Shown here: positions 56,384 to 57,036 of the stretch, in pieces
Numbering within the stretch: position 1 is the first letter of the stretch
Layout: each line of letters opens with the position of its first letter
Assembly (NCBI GenBank): GCA_038062075.1
Contig: JBBTXY010000008.1
Location: 1 to 57,036, forward strand
Origin: Patescibacteria group bacterium
GTDB lineage: Bacteria; Patescibacteriota; Minisyncoccia; Phycocordibacterales; UBA2100
Length of the DNA stretch: 57,036 nt
Reading direction: 5' to 3'
Notes under the pieces: generated by a model
What the model was told of the DNA's origin: nothing
The model's database searches: none
Seen by the model: only the letters and a program-made list of their open reading frames with translations
Program-made: the position numbers and the translations under genes

Positions 56384-56413
56384 GCAAAAATCCCGCTTTC
56401 GCGGGATTTTTGC
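56384..56413 (-). terminator. Intrinsic, likely bidirectional terminator
   Basis: GCAAAAATCCCGC-GAAA-GCGGGATTTTTGC. Confidence 0.8.
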
Positions 56414-56428
56414 AGCATACAATCAGGG

Positions 56429-56749
56429 TTACCAATTGTTGCGTCGTCCGCCTCCTCCCCAGTCGCCACCTCCGCCGCGATTATCGCGGCGAGGGCGCTC
56501 TTCCATAGGGCGCGCTTCGTTGACGGTAAGCGTGCGGCCGCCGAAGTCCTTGCCATTCCACAGGTCAATGGCCTTCTGGGCGTCATCATCACTTCCGAAT
56601 TCAACGAAACCGAAGCCCTTCGAACGACCGCTCATCTTGTCCATGATGACAACGGCCGACGTGACTGCTCCGGCTTGCGCAAAGGCTTCCTTCAGCTCGT
56701 CGTCCGTCGTTGAGTACGGAAGACCGCCGACATAGAGTTTCTTCGCCAT
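56429..56749 (-). CDS. RRM RNA-binding protein with Gly-rich tail
   Basis: LYVGGL (RNP2), KGFGFVEF (RNP1), VNEARP. Confidence 0.95.
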   Translation of the reverse strand: MAKKLYVGGLPYSTTDDELKEAFAQAGAVTSAVVIMDKMSGRSKGFGFVEFGSDDDAQKAIDLWNGKDFGGRTLTVNEARPMEERPRRDNRGGGGDWGGGGRRNNW

Positions 56750-56914
56750 GTATTCGTCTGTTTCTTCTAGTATTAAATGTAAACCAACCTTTCCTATCTT
56801 TGCCGGTTTACCTTGCGGCTACCTCCCTCAAAGCATGGAAAACTTACATTCGCCGCCAGTATAGCCTGCTCTTCATAAAACGCAAGGGATAAGCTAGAAT
56901 AGGATGTTTCAAAG

Positions 56915-56986
56915 GGGCCAGTAGTTCAGTGGTAGAATGCCTCATTTGCAATGAGGAGGTCCGGGGTTCGATCCCCCGCTGGTCCA
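56915..56986 (+). tRNA. tRNA-Ala(TGC), CCA not encoded
   Basis: Acceptor GGGCCAG/CTGGTCC with G3-U70; anticodon arm CCTCA-TTTGCAA-TGAGG; T loop TTCGATC. Confidence 0.96.
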
Positions 56987-57033
56987 CAAAAATAACGAAG
57001 CCAAAGACATGCTTTGGCTTCGTTATTTTTGTG
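56985..57033 (+). terminator. Long hairpin directly after the tRNA
   Basis: CACAAAAATAACGAAGCCAAAG-ACATG-CTTTGGCTTCGTTATTTTTGTG. Confidence 0.7.
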
Positions 57034-57036
57034 GTG

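Noticed and set aside
1-57036. CRISPR array or cas operon
   Set aside because: No regularly spaced repeat-spacer series; the repeats are dispersed, and the only Cas4-like gene has no cas neighbours.
1-57036. Alternative genetic code (UGA=Gly)
   Set aside because: Conserved genes are intact under code 11, and several (rpsK, scpB) end in TGA.
56915-57036. Integration site at tRNA-Ala
   Set aside because: No duplicated tRNA 3' end or integrase in the window; the downstream sequence is cut off.

Overview
Chromosomal segment of a Patescibacteria (CPR) bacterium, probably Parcubacteria. This is inferred from gene content: short non-discriminating AspRS, AlaRS without C-Ala, CPR-type hypothetical proteins, and TGA used as stop (code 11). 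It is mostly housekeeping genes: infA-rpmJ-rpsM-rpsK-rpsD-rpoA-rplQ-rplM-rpsI, grpE-dnaK-dnaJ, aspS-scpA-scpB-dac-mraY-ftsW-murG-gltX, trpS, glmS, alaS, mnmA, mltG, intein-containing dnaB, recR, rmuC and tRNA-Ala(TGC). A small accessory block (about 14.6-23.3 kb) encodes a split membrane-protein/adaptor/histidine-kinase module, a carbamoyltransferase and a pyruvoyl arginine decarboxylase. The most unusual signals are non-coding: (1) three copies of a ~185-bp three-part structured element filling ribosomal-operon intergenic gaps; (2) a 42-bp REP-like palindrome that also sits in-frame inside mnmA and, as a half copy, inside recR; (3) MITE-like CCCG...CGGG elements, two of them inserted exactly at start codons; (4) a modular GCA-triloop repeat bracketing a two-gene cassette; (5) a candidate sRNA with three C5 runs; (6) pervasive leaderless promoter architecture. 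Protein calls come from motif recognition only; no searches were run.
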